Shown here one piece after another: positions 37,010 to 50,262 of a DNA stretch of 64,000 nt. The notes beneath the pieces are model-generated. The model was not told where the DNA came from, searched no databases, and saw only the letters and a program-made list of their open reading frames with translations. Both the position numbers and the translations under genes were made by a program. Location of the stretch: positions 14,561,350 to 14,625,349 of the forward strand of contig CM082581.2 of the NCBI GenBank assembly GCA_040954595.2, in the 5' to 3' direction. Position 1 is the first letter of the stretch. Each line of letters starts with the position of its first letter. The DNA is from Balanoglossus misakiensis. Its lineage: Eukaryota > Animalia > Hemichordata.

Positions 37010-40000
37010 GGATGACGACAAAATTCCAAATGATGCCAATGGTAGAAGTGGACAAGGACTTGATTTTCCAGCCAGCCAATAAAGTACTTGCATGATGGCA
37101 GATGAAGCAAGTTCAAGCATGAAGACTGATGTATAATTTCTGAATGGTGCCAACGGTAGAAGTTGACAAGGACCTGGTCTTGCAGTCAGCCAATAAACAA
37201 CTTGCATGATGGCAGATGAAGATATATGGATGTCAAATGAAGAAAACGTACAGGTTTGCAGGCAACAAGTGTATATTGGAACAAATTCAAACTTAACTCA
37301 TTGAATCAATTTTATAAAATATGTCACCACTTTGTTCATTGATCATGAATAATTTTTTTTCTGTTGTTTTGTTAGAATATGCCAAAGAGTGCAGGCTGAT
37401 GTTGTGTATCCGAATGTTGCCATTGGTAGAAGTGGACAAGGACTTGGTCTTGCTTTCACCTAATAAACTCTGTATGATAGCAGATGAAGATATTTGGATG
37501 TCAAATTAAGAAAAAATACAGGTTTGCAGTCAACATTTTAAGAGTGTATATAGTGTTGGAACAAATCCAAACTTAACTCATTGAATCAATTTTATAAAAT
37601 ATGTCACCATTTTGTTCATTGATCATGAATAATTTTTTTTCTGTTGTTTTGTTAGAATATGGCGAAGAGTACAGGCTGATGTTGTGTATCTGAATGTTGC
37701 CATTGGTAGAAGTGGACAAGGACATGGTTTCCCAGTCACCCAATAAACTACTTGCATGATGGCAGATGAAGATATTTGGATGTCAAATAAAGAAAACATA
37801 CAGGTTTGCAGTCAACATTTTAAGAGTGTATATAGTGTTGGAACAAATCCAAACTTAACTCATTGAATCAATTTTATAAAATATGTCACCACTTTGTTCA
37901 TTGATCATGAATAATTTTTTTCTGTTGTTTTGTTAGAATATGGCGAAGAGTGCAGGCTGATGTTGTGTATCTGAATGTTGCCATTGGTAGAAGTGGACAA
38001 GGACATGGTCTTCCAGTCAGCCAATAAACTACTTGCATGATGGCAGATGAAGATAATTGGATGTCAAATAAAGAAAACATAAAGGTTTGCAGTCAACATT
38101 TTAAGAGTGTATATAGTGTTGGGACAAATCAAAACTTAACTCATTGAATCAATTTTATAAACTATGTCACCACTTTGTTCATTGATCATGAATAATTTTT
38201 TTCTGTTGTTTTGTGAGAATATGGCGAAGAGTGCAGGCTGATGTTGTGTATCTGCATGTTGCCATTGGTAGAAGTGGACAAGGACATGGTTTCCCAGTCA
38301 CCCAATAAACTACTTGCATGATGGCAGATGAAGATATTTGGATGTCAAATAAAGAAAACATAAAGGTTTGCAGTCAACATTTTAAGAGTGTATATAGTGT
38401 TGGAACAAATCAAAACTTAACTCATTGAATCAATTTTATAAACTATGTCACCACTTTGTTCATTGATCATGAATAATTTTTTTCTGTTGTTTTGTTAGAA
38501 TATGGCGAAGAGTGCAGGCTGATGTTGTGTATCTGAATGTTGCCATTGGTAGAAGTGGACAAGGACTTGGTTTCCCAGTCAGCCAATAAAGTACTTCCAT
38601 GATGGCAGATGAAGCAAGTTCAAGCATGAAGAATGATGTTTAATTTCTAAATGGTGCCAACGGTAGAAGTGGACAAGGAGTTGGTCTTGCAGTCAGCCAA
38701 TAAACAACTTGCATGATGGCAGATGAAGATATATGGATGTCAAATGAAGAAAACGTACAGGTTTGCAGGCAACAAGTGTATATTGGAACAAATTCAAACT
38801 TAACTCATTGAATCAATTTTATAAAATATGTCACCACTTTGTTCATTGATCATGAATAATTTTTTTTCTGTTGTTTTGTTAGAATATGCCGAAGAGTGCA
38901 GGCTGATGTTGTGTATCTGAATGTTGCCATTGGTAGAAGTGGACAAGGACTTGGTTTCCCAGTCACCCAATAAAGTACTTCCATGATGGCAGATGAAGCA
39001 AGTTCAAGCATGAAGAATGATGTTTAATTTCTAAATGGTGCCAACGGTAGAAGTGGACAAGGACTTGGTCTTGCAGTCAGCCAATAAAAAACTTGCATGA
39101 TGGCAGATGAAGATATATGGATGTCAAATGAAGAAAACGTACAGGTTTGCAGGCAACAAGTGTATATTGGAACAAATTCAAACTTAACTCATTGAATCAA
39201 TTTTATAAAATATGTCACCACTTTGTTCATTGATCATGAATCATTTTTTTTCTGTTGTTTTGTTAGAATATGCCGAAGAGTGCAGGCTGATGTTGTGTAT
39301 CTGAATGTTGCCATTGGTAGAAGTGGACAAGGACTTGGTTTCCCAGTCACCCAATAAACTACTTGCATGATGGCTGATGAAGATATTTGGATGTCAAATT
39401 AAGAAAACATAAAGGTTTGCAGTCAACATTTTAAGAGTGTATATAGTGTTGGAACAAATCCAAGCTTAACTCATTGAATCAATTTAATAATATATGTCAC
39501 CACTTTGTTCATTGATCATGAATAATTTTTTTTCTGTTGTTTTGTTAGAATATGGCAAAGAGTGCAGGCTGATGTTGTGTATCTGAATGTTGCCATTGGT
39601 AGAAGTGGACAAGGACTTGGTTTCCCAGTCACCCAATAAACTACTTGCATGATGGCTGATGAAGATATTTGGATGTCAAATTAAGAAAACATAAAGGTTT
39701 GCAGTCAACATTTTAAGAGTGTATATAGTGTTGGAACAAATCCAAGCTTAACTCATTGAATCAATTTTATAAACTATGTCACGACTTTGTTCATTGATCA
39801 TGAATAATTTTTTTTCTGTTGTTTTGTTAGAATATGGCGAAGAGTGCAGGCTGATGTTGTGTATCTGAATGTTGCCAATGGTAGAAGTGGACAAGGACTT
39901 GGTCTTCCAGTCAGCCAATAAAGTACTTGCATGATGGCAGATGAAGCAAGTTCAAGCATGAAGAATGATCTTTAATTTCTAAATGGTGCCAACGGTAGAA

Positions 40001-43000
40001 GTGGACAAGGACTTGGTCTTGCAGTCAGCCAATTAACAACTTGCATGATGGCAGATGAAGATATATGGATGTCAAATGAAGAAAACGTACAGGTTTGCAG
40101 TCAACAAGTGTATATAGTATTGGAACAAATTCAAACTTAACTCATTGAATCAATTTTATAATATATGTCACCACTTTGTTCATTGATCATGAATCATTTT
40201 TTGTCTGTTGTTTTGTTAGAATATGTCGAAGAGTGCAGGCTGATGTTGTGTATCTGAATGTTGCCATTGGTAGAAGTGGACAAGGACTTGGTTTCCCAGT
40301 CACCCAATAAACTACTTGCATGATGGCTGATGAAGATATTTGGATGTCAAATTAAGAACACATAAAGGTTTGCAGTCAATATTTTAAGAGTGTATATAGT
40401 GTTGGAACAAATCCAAGCTTAACTCATTGAATCAATTTAATAATATATGTCACCACTTTGTTCATTGATCATGAATAATTTTTTTTCTGTTGTTTTGTTA
40501 GAATATGGCGAAGAGTGCAGGCTGATGTTGTGTATCTGAATGTTGCCAATGGTAGAAGTGGACAAGGACTTCGTCTTCCAGTCAGCCAATAAAGTACTTG
40601 CATGATGGCAGATGAAGCAAGTTCAAGCATGAAGAATGATGTTTAATTTCTAAATGATGCCAACGGTAGAAGTGGACAAGGACTTGGTCTTGCAGTCAGC
40701 CAATTAATTAACAACTTGCATGATGGCAGATGAAGATACATGGATGTCAAATGAAGAAAACGTACAGGTTTGCAGTCAACAAGTGTATATAGTATTGGAA
40801 CAAATTCAAACTTAACTCATTGAATCAATTTTATAATATATGTCACCACTTTGTTCATTGATCATGAATCATTTTTTGTCTGTTGTTTTGTTAGAATATG
40901 TCGAAGAGTGCAGGCTGATGTTGTGTATCTGAATGTTGCCATTGGTAGAAGTGGACAAGGACTTGGTTTCCCAGTCAGCCAATAAAGTACTTCCATGATG
41001 GCAGATGAAGCAAGTTCAAGCATGAAGAATGATGTTTAATTTCTAAATGGTGCCAACGGTAGAAGTGGACAAGGAGTTGGTCTTGCAGTCAGCCAATAAA
41101 CAACTTGCATGATGGCAGATGAAGATATATGGATGTCAAATGAAGAAAACGTACAGGTTTGCAGGCAACAAGTGTATATTGGAACAAATTCAAACTTAAC
41201 TCATTGAATCAATTTTATAAAATATGTCACCACTTTGTTCATTGATCATGAATAATTTTTTTTCTGTTGTTTTGTTAGAATATGCCGAAGAGTGCAGGCT
41301 GATGTTGTGTATCTGAATGTTGCCATTGGTAGAAGTGGACAAGGACTTGGTTTCCCAGTCACCCAATAAAGTACTTCCATGATGGCAGATGAAGCAAGTT
41401 CAAGCATGAAGAATGATGTTTAATTTCTAAATGGTGCCAACGGTAGAAGTGGACAAGGACTTGGTCTTGCAGTCAGCCAATAAAAAACTTGCATGATGGC
41501 AGATGAAGATATATGGATGTCAAATGAAGAAAACGTACAGGTTTGCAGGCAACAAGTGTATATTGGAACAAATTCAAACTTAACTCATTGAATCAATTTT
41601 ATAAAATATGTCACCACTTTGTTCATTGATCATGAATCATTTTTTTTCTGTTGTTTTGTTAGAATATGCCGAAGAGTGCAGGCTGATGTTGTGTATCTGA
41701 ATGTTGCCATTGGTAGAAGTGGACAAGGACTTGGTTTCCCAGTCACCCAATAAACTACTTGCATGATGGCTGATGAAGATATTTGGATGTCAAATTAAGA
41801 AAACATAAAGGTTTGCAGTCAACATTTTAAGAGTGTATATAGTGTTGGAACAAATCCAAGCTTAACTCATTGAATCAATTTAATAATATATGTCACCACT
41901 TTGTTCATTGATCATGAATAATTTTTTTTCTGTTGTTTTGTTAGAATATGGCAAAGAGTGCAGGCTGATGTTGTGTATCTGAATGTTGCCATTGGTAGAA
42001 GTGGACAAGGACTTGGTTTCCCAGTCACCCAATAAACTACTTGCATGATGGCTGATGAAGATATTTGGATGTCAAATTAAGAAAACATAAAGGTTTGCAG
42101 TCAACATTTTAAGAGTGTATATAGTGTTGGAACAAATCCAAGCTTAACTCATTGAATCAATTTTATAAACTATGTCACGACTTTGTTCATTGATCATGAA
42201 TAATTTTTTTTCTGTTGTTTTGTTAGAATATGGCGAAGAGTGCAGGCTGATGTTGTGTATCTGAATGTTGCCAATGGTAGAAGTGGACAAGGACTTGGTC
42301 TTCCAGTCAGCCAATAAAGTACTTGCATGATGGCAGATGAAGCAAGTTCAAGCATGAAGAATGATCTTTAATTTCTAAATGGTGCCAACGGTAGAAGTGG
42401 ACAAGGACTTGGTCTTGCAGTCAGCCAATTAACAACTTGCATGATGGCAGATGAAGATATATGGATGTCAAATGAAGAAAACGTACAGGTTTGCAGTCAA
42501 CAAGTGTATATAGTATTGGAACAAATTCAAACTTAACTCATTGAATCAATTTTATAATATATGTCACCACTTTGTTCATTGATCATGAATCATTTTTTGT
42601 CTGTTGTTTTGTTAGAATATGTCGAAGAGTGCAGGCTGATGTTGTGTATCTGAATGTTGCCATTGGTAGAAGTGGACAAGGACTTGGTTTCCCAGTCACC
42701 CAATAAACTACTTGCATGATGGCTGATGAAGATATTTGGATGTCAAATTAAGAACACATAAAGGTTTGCAGTCAATATTTTAAGAGTGTATATAGTGTTG
42801 GAACAAATCCAAGCTTAACTCATTGAATCAATTTAATAATATATGTCACCACTTTGTTCATTGATCATGAATAATTTTTTTTCTGTTGTTTTGTTAGAAT
42901 ATGGCGAAGAGTGCAGGCTGATGTTGTGTATCTGAATGTTGCCAATGGTAGAAGTGGACAAGGACTTCGTCTTCCAGTCAGCCAATAAAGTACTTGCATG

Positions 43001-46000
43001 ATGGCAGATGAAGCAAGTTCAAGCATGAAGAATGATGTTTAATTTCTAAATGATGCCAACGGTAGAAGTGGACAAGGACTTGGTCTTGCAGTCAGCCAAT
43101 TAATTAACAACTTGCATGATGGCAGATGAAGATACATGGATGTCAAATGAAGAAAACGTACAGGTTTGCAGTCAACAAGTGTATATAGTATTGGAACAAA
43201 TTCAAACTTAACTCATTGAATCAATTTTATAATATATGTCACCACTTTGTTCATTGATCATGAATCATTTTTTGTCTGTTGTTTTGTTAGAATATGTCGA
43301 AGAGTGCAGGCTGATGTTGTGTATCTGAATGTTGCCATTGGTAGAAGTGGACAAGGACTTGGTTTCCCAGTCACCCAATAAACTACTTGCATGATGGCTG
43401 ATGAAGATATTTGGATGTCAAATTAAGAAAACATAAAGGTTTGCAGTCAATATTTTAAGAGTGTATATAGTGTTGGAACAAATCCAAGCTTAACTCATTG
43501 AATCAATTTAATAATATATGTCACCACTTTGTTCATTGATCATGAATAATTTTTTTTCTGTTGTTTTGTTAGAATATGGCGAAGAGTGCAGGCTGATGTT
43601 GTGTATCTGAATGTTGCCAATGGTAGAAGTGGACAAGGACTTCGTCTTCCAGTCAGCCAATAAAGTACTTGCATGATGGCAGATGAAGCAAGTTCAAGCA
43701 TGAAGAATGATGTTTAATTTCTAAATGATGCCAACGGTAGAAGTGGACAAGGACTTGGTCTTGCAGTCAGCCAATTAATTAACAACTTGCATGATGGCAG
43801 ATGAAGATACATGGATGTCAAATGAAGAAAACTTACAGGTTTGCAGTCAACAAGTGTATATAGTATTGGAACAAATTCAAACTTAACTCATTGAATCAAT
43901 GTTATAATATATGTCACCACTTTGTTCATTGATCATGAATCATTTTTTGTCTGTTGTTTTGTTAGAATATGTCGAAGAGTGCAGGCTGATGTTGTGTATC
44001 TGAATGTTGCCATTGGTAGAAGTGGACAAGGACTTGGTTTCCCAGTCACCCAATAAACTACTTGCATGATGGCTGATGAAGATATTTGGATGTCAAATTA
44101 AGAAAACATAAAGGTTTGCAGTCAATATTTTAAGAGTGTATATAGTGTTGGAACAAATCCAAGCTTAACTCATTGAATCAATTTAATAATATATGTCACC
44201 ACTTTGTTCATTGATCATGAATAATTTTTTTTCTGTTGTTTTGTTAGAATATGGCGAAGAGTGCAGGCTGATGTTGTGTATCTGAATGTTGCCATTGGTA
44301 GAAGTGGACAAGGACTTGGTTTCCCAGTCACCCAATAAACTACTTGCATGATGGCTGATGAAGATATTTGGATGTCAAATTAAGAAAACATAAAGGTTTG
44401 CAGTCAACATTTTAAGAGTGTATATAGTGTTGGAACAAATCCAAACTTAACTCATTGAATCAATTTAATAATATATGTCACCACTTTGTTCATTGATCAT
44501 GAATAATTTTTTTTCTGTTGTTTTGTTAGAATATGGCGAAGAGTGCAGGCTGATGTTGTGTATCTGAATGTTGCCAATGGTAGAAGTGGACAAGGACTTG
44601 GTCTTCCAGTCAGCCAATAAAGTACTTGCATGATGGCAGATGAAGCAAGTTCAAGCATGAAGAATGATGTTTAATTTCTAAATGATGCCAACGGTAGAAG
44701 TGGACAAGGACTTGGTCTTGCAGTTAGCCAATTAACAACTTGCATGATGGCAGATGAAGATATATGGATGTCAAATGAAGAAAACGTACAGGTTTGCAGT
44801 CAACAAGTGTATATAGAGTTGGAACAAATCCAAACTTAACTCATTGAATCAATTTTATAAACTATGTCTTGACTTTGTTCATTGATCATGAATAATTTTT
44901 TTTCTGTTGTTTTGTTAGAATATGGCGAAGAGTGCAGGCTGATGTTGTGTATCTGAATGTTGCCATTGGTAGAAGTGGACAAGGACTTGGTTTCCCAGTC
45001 ACCCAATAAACTACTTGCATGATGGTTGATGAAGATATTTGGATGTCAAATAAAGAAAACATACAGGTATGCAGTCAAAATTTTAAGAGTGTATATAGTG
45101 TTGGAACAAATCCAAACTTAACGCATTGAATCAATTTTATAAAATATGTCACCACTTTGTTCATTGATCATGAATAATTTTTTTTCTGTTGTTTTGTTAG
45201 AATATGGCGAAGAGTGCAGGCTGATGTTGAGTATCTGAATGTTGAAGTTGGTAGAAGTGGACAAGGACTTGGTTTCCCAGTCACCCAATAAACTACTTGC
45301 ATGATGGCTGATGAAGATATTTGGATGTCAAATTAAGAAAACATAAAGGTTTGCAGTCAACATTTTAAGAGTGTATATAGTGTTGGAACAAATCCAAACT
45401 TAACTCATTGAATCAATTTAATAATATATGTCACCACTTTGTTCATTGATCATGAATAATTTTTTTTTCTGTTGTTTTGTTAGAATATGGCGAAGAGTGC
45501 AGGCTGATGTTGTGTATCTGAATGTTGCCAATGGTAGAAGTGGACAAGGACTTGGTCTTCCAGTCAGCCAATAAAGTACTTGCATGATGGCAGATGAAGC
45601 AAGTTCAAGCATGAAGAATGATGTTTAATTTCTAAATGGTGCCAACGGTAGAAGTGGACAAGGACTTGGTCTTGCAGTCAGCCAATTAACAACTTGCATG
45701 ATGGCAGATGAAGATATATGGATGTCAAATGAAGAAAACGTACAGGTTTGCAGTCAACATGTGTATATAGTATTGGAACAAATTCAAACTTAACTCATTG
45801 AATCAATTTTATAATATATGTCACCACTTTGTTCATTGATCATGAATCATTTTTTTTCTGTTGTTTTGTTAGAATATGTCAAAGAGTGCAGGCTGATGTT
45901 GTGTATCTGAATGTTGCCATTGGTAGAAGTGGACAAGGACTTGGTTTCCCAGTCACCCAATAAACTACTTGCATGATGGCAGATGAAGATATTTGGATGT

Positions 46001-46920
46001 CAAATAAAGAAAACATACAGGTTTGCAGTCAACATTTTAAGAGTGTATATAGTGTTGAAACAAATCCAAACTTAACTCATTGAATCAATTTCATAAAATA
46101 TGTCACCACTTTGTTCATTGATCATGAATATTTTTTTTCTGTTGTTTTGTTAGAATATGGTGAAGAGTGGAGGCTGATGTTGTGTATCTGAATGTTGAAA
46201 TAGGTAGAAGTGGACAAGTACATGGTCTTCCAGTCACCCAATAAACTACTTGCATGATGGCAGATGGAGATATTTGGATGTCAAATAAAGGGCAGATGAA
46301 CATATCTGGTTGTCAAATGAAGAAAATATAGGTTTGTACTCAACCTTTTAAGAGTGTATATAGTATTGGAACACATCCAAATTTAACTCATTGAATCAAT
46401 TTATACAATCTTTCGCCAATTTGTTCATTAATCATGGATAAAATTTTTCTGTTTTTTTGTTAGAATATGGCGAAGAGTGCAGACTGATGTTTTTATCCAG
46501 ATATTGCCAATGGTAGAAGTGGACAAGGACTTGGTATTGCACTCACCCCATAAACTATTTGCATGATGGCAGATTAACATATCTGGTTGTCAAATGAAGA
46601 AAATATGAAGGTTTGTAGTCAACATTTTATGAGTGTATATAGTATTGGAAGACTTCCAAATTTAACTTAAGCCGAATGAATCAATGCTATAAAACGTGTG
46701 ATCATTTCATTAATTAAAAGCGAATCTATTTTTTTTTCTGTTACTTTCTTAGCTCAAGCTGAAGTGTGAAGACTGGTGATTTTCCAAATGATGATGATGG
46801 TAGAAATGGACAAGGACTTGGTCTACCAGCAACCCAATAAAATACTTGCATCTTGGCAGATGAAGTCTGAATGCAAAATAAAGAGAAGACATAGATTTTC
46901 AGTCGGCATTTTAAGAGTTT
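37010..46920. repeat. AT-rich satellite array of ~281-bp (A) and ~383-392-bp (B) monomers with higher-order structure
   Basis: Core ggtagaagtggacaaggac...cttgcatgatggcagatgaag; gatcatgaat spacings of ~281 and 383 bp; diverged monomers at both edges. Confidence 0.97.
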
Positions 46921-47700
46921 ATAATGAGAATGAAGAGAAAACTTATAGATTGTCTTCCGTCCAGTTTTCTAATAAAGTGACACAATCTCTCTTTTTGAGC
47001 TTTGAATGTTGTCAAGTATACATTGAATACTTGCATAAAAAATAATGATTTTTAAAATCACCATTCTGTATCAAACGAATTTAATCTCTAAAAGATCAAA
47101 AAGAGAGAATGTTGCTGTTTAATCTATTGATCCAGTGGGGACTATGACATTGACTTTCCTTACATGTTCCCTTTAGCTCACTGGTTATGTGTTATGATAA
47201 AGATTGATTCAGATTAGGACACAGTATTAATTATTTAACTGTAGCCTAAATGTCCATAGATACAGTATTTCTTAGAATTACAAGTTTGCACAGAGCAAAC
47301 TTTGTTCAGTGAATTTTGCAGTCAAAGGAATTTGATTCAATTTATGAAATTGTTTGTGCCATTTCAGCCATTTGTTAATTTCAACACTAAACCTAACCCT
47401 ACCCCTAACCCTAACTCTAACCCTAACACTAACCTTAACCCTAACACTAACACTAACAACTAATACTTTGGCTGGAATGGTAAACAGGCTCGGGGAAACT
47501 TTGTTTAATAATGGTCTCCAATTTGTTCACCAGTTAAAAGTTCACAGATGAAAATATGTTAAAGTATTGTATTGTAATTCAATTTAAATTAGCTGTCATT
47601 CCCAAAACCTGATTGTGAAGGTCAGGAAAATTAAATAAATGGAATTGTATGGGTACAAAATTGTTCTCTATGTATGCATTTATGAATGTATGTAATGTAT
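46855..47700 (+). repeat. Long direct repeat, copy 2 (right of the AT-rich satellite)
   Basis: Homologous to 35328-36500; lacks the TACA tract; ends at the 21-bp minisatellite. Confidence 0.85.
47385..47460. repeat. Degenerate telomere-like (CCCTAA)n tract
   Basis: About 12 hexamers of cctaac/ctaaca type. Confidence 0.85.
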
Positions 47701-50262
47701 GTCCCCCTCCAGCCTGCTCCAGTCCCCCTCCAGTCTGCGCCAGTCCCCCTCCAGTCTGCTCCAGTCCCCCTCCAGTCTGCTCCAGTCCCCCTCCAGTCTG
47801 CTCCAGTCCCCCTCCAGTCTGCTCCAGTCCCCCTCCAGTCTGCTCCAGTGCCCCTCCAGTCTGCTCCAGTGCCCCTCCAGCCTGCTCCAGTGCCCCTCCA
47901 GCCTGCTCCAGTGCCCCTCCAGCCTGCTCCAGAGCCCCTCCAGCCTGCTCCAGTGCCCCTCCAGTCTGCTCCAGTGCCCCTCCAGTCTGCTCCAGTCCCC
48001 CTCCAGTCTGCTCCAGTCCCCCTCCAGTCTGCTCCAGTGCCCCTCCAGTCTGCTCCAGTCCCCCTCCAGTCTGCTCCAGTCCCCCTCCAGTCTGCTCCAG
48101 TCTGCTCCAGTCCCCCTCCAGTCTGCTCCACTCACCCTCCAGCATGCTCCAGTCCCCCTCCAGTCTGCTCCACTCACCCTCCAGCATGCTCCAGCCCCCC
48201 TCCAGTCTGCTCCACTCACCCTCCAGTCTGCTCCAGTCCCCCTCCAGTCTGCTCCAGTCCCCCTACAGTCTGCTCCAGTCCCCCTCCAGTCTGCTCCAGT
48301 CCCCCTACAGTCTGCTCCAGTCCCCCTCCAGTCTGCTCCAGTCCCCCTACAGTCTGCTCCAGTCCCCCTCCAGTCTGCTCCAGCCCCCCTCCAGTCTGCT
48401 CCAGTCCCCATCCAGCATGCTCCAGTCTGCTCCAGCCCCCCTCCAGCATGCTCCAGTCCCCCTCCAGTCTGCTCCACTCCCCCTCCAGCATGCTCCAGTC
48501 CCCCTCCAGTCTGCTCCACTCACCCTCCAGCATGCTCCAGTCCCCCTCCAGTCTGCTCCACTCACCCTCCAGTCTGCTCCAGTCCCCCTCCAGCATGCTC
48601 CACTCCCCCTCCAGTCTGCTCCAGTCCCCTTCCAGCATGCTCCACTCCCCCTCCAGTCTGCTCCAATCCCCTTCCAGCATGCTCCACTCCCCCTCCAGTC
48701 TGCTCCAGTCCCCCTCCAGTCTGCTCCAGTCCCCCTCCAGCATGCTCCAGTCCCCCTCCAGTCTGCTCCAGTCCCCCTCCAGCATGCTCCAGTCCCCCTC
48801 CAGCAAGCTCCAGTCCCCTCCAGCATGCTCCAGTCCCCCTCCAGTCTGCTCCACTCCCCCTCCAGTCTGCTCCAGTCCCCCTCCAGTCTGCTCCACTCCC
48901 CCTCCAGTCTGCTCCAGTCCCCCTCCAGTCTGCTCCACTCCCCCTCCAGTCTGCTCCAGTCCCCCTCCAGTCTGCTCCACTCCCCCTCCAGCATGCTCCA
49001 GTCCCCCTCCAGTCTGCTCCACTCCCCCTCCAGCATGCTCCAGTCCCCCTCCAGTCTGCTCCACTCCCCCTCCAGCATGCTCCAGTCCCCCTCCAGTCTG
49101 CTCCACTCCCCCTCCAGTCTGCTCCAGTCCCCCTCCAGTCTGCTCCACTCCCCCTCCAGCATGCTCCAGTCCCCCTCCAGTCTGCTCCAGTCCCCCTCCA
49201 GTCTGCTCCACTCCCCCTCCAGTCTGCTCCAGTCCCCCTCCAGCATGCTCCAGTCCCCCTCCAGTCTGCTCCACTCCCCCTCCAGCATGCTCCAGTCCCC
49301 CTCCAGTCTGCTCCACTCCCCCCTCCAGCATGCTCCAGTCCCCCTCCAGTCTGCTCCACTCCCCCTCCAGCATGCTCCAGTCCCCCTCCAGTCTGCTCCA
49401 CTCCCCCTCCAGCATGCTCCAGTCCCCCTCCAGTCTGCTCCACTCCCCCTCCAGCATGCTCCAGTCCCCCTCCAGTCTGCTCCACTCCCCCTCCAGCATG
49501 CTCCAGTCCCCCTCAAGTCTGCTCCACTCCCCCTCCAGCATGCTCCAGTCCCCCTCAAGTCTGCTCCACTCCCCCTTCAGTCTCCTCCACTCCCCCTCCA
49601 GCATGCTCCACTCCCCCTCCAGTCTGCTCCAGTGCCCCTCCAGTCTGCTCCAGTGCCCCTCCAGTCTGCTCCAGTCCCCCTCCAGTCTGCTCCAGTGCCC
49701 CTACAGTCTGCTCCAGTCCCCCTCCAGTCCCCCTCCAGTCTGCTCCAGTCCCCCTCCAGTCTGATCCAGTGCCCCTCCAGTCTGCTCCAGTGCCCCTCCA
49801 GTCTGCTCCAGTGCCCCTCCAGTCTGCTCCAGTCCCCCCTCCAGTCTGCTCCAGTGCCCCTCCAGTCTGCTCCAGTGCCCCTCAAGTCTGCTCCAGTCCC
49901 CCTCAAGTCTGCTCCAGTCCCCCTCCAGTCTGCTCCAGTCCCCCCTCCAGTCTGCTCCAGTGCCCCTCCAGTCTGCTCCAGTGCCCCCTCCAGTCTGCTC
50001 CAGTCCCCCTCCAGTCCCCCTCCAGTCTGCTCCAGTCCCCCTCCAGTCTGCTCCAGTCCCCCCTCCAGTCTGCTCCAGTCCCCCTCCAGTCTGCTCCAGT
50101 CCCCCTCCAGTCTGCTCCAGTCCCCCTCCAGTCTGCTCCAGTCCCCCTCCAGTCTGCTCCAGTCCCCCTCCAGTCTGCTCCAGTCCCCCTCCAGCCTGCT
50201 CCAGTCCCCCTCCAGCCTGCTCAGGTCCCCCTCCAGCCTGCTCCAGTCCCCCTCCAGTCTGC
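47701..50262. repeat. 21-bp C-rich minisatellite (CCAGTCTGCTCCAGTCCCCCT)n
   Basis: About 120 units with clustered variants (CCAGCATGCT, CCACTCCCCCT, CCAGTGCCCCT). Confidence 0.98.

Noticed and set aside
37660-37750. PDZ-like GRSGQG(L/H)GF peptide in one frame of the satellite monomer, and two in-frame TGAs in another (selenoprotein idea)
   Set aside because: The first frame stops (TAA) five codons later. I found no SECIS element or recognisable protein for the second. Most likely chance.
47385-47460. True chromosome telomere
   Set aside because: Short, degenerate and internal, with non-telomeric sequence on both sides.
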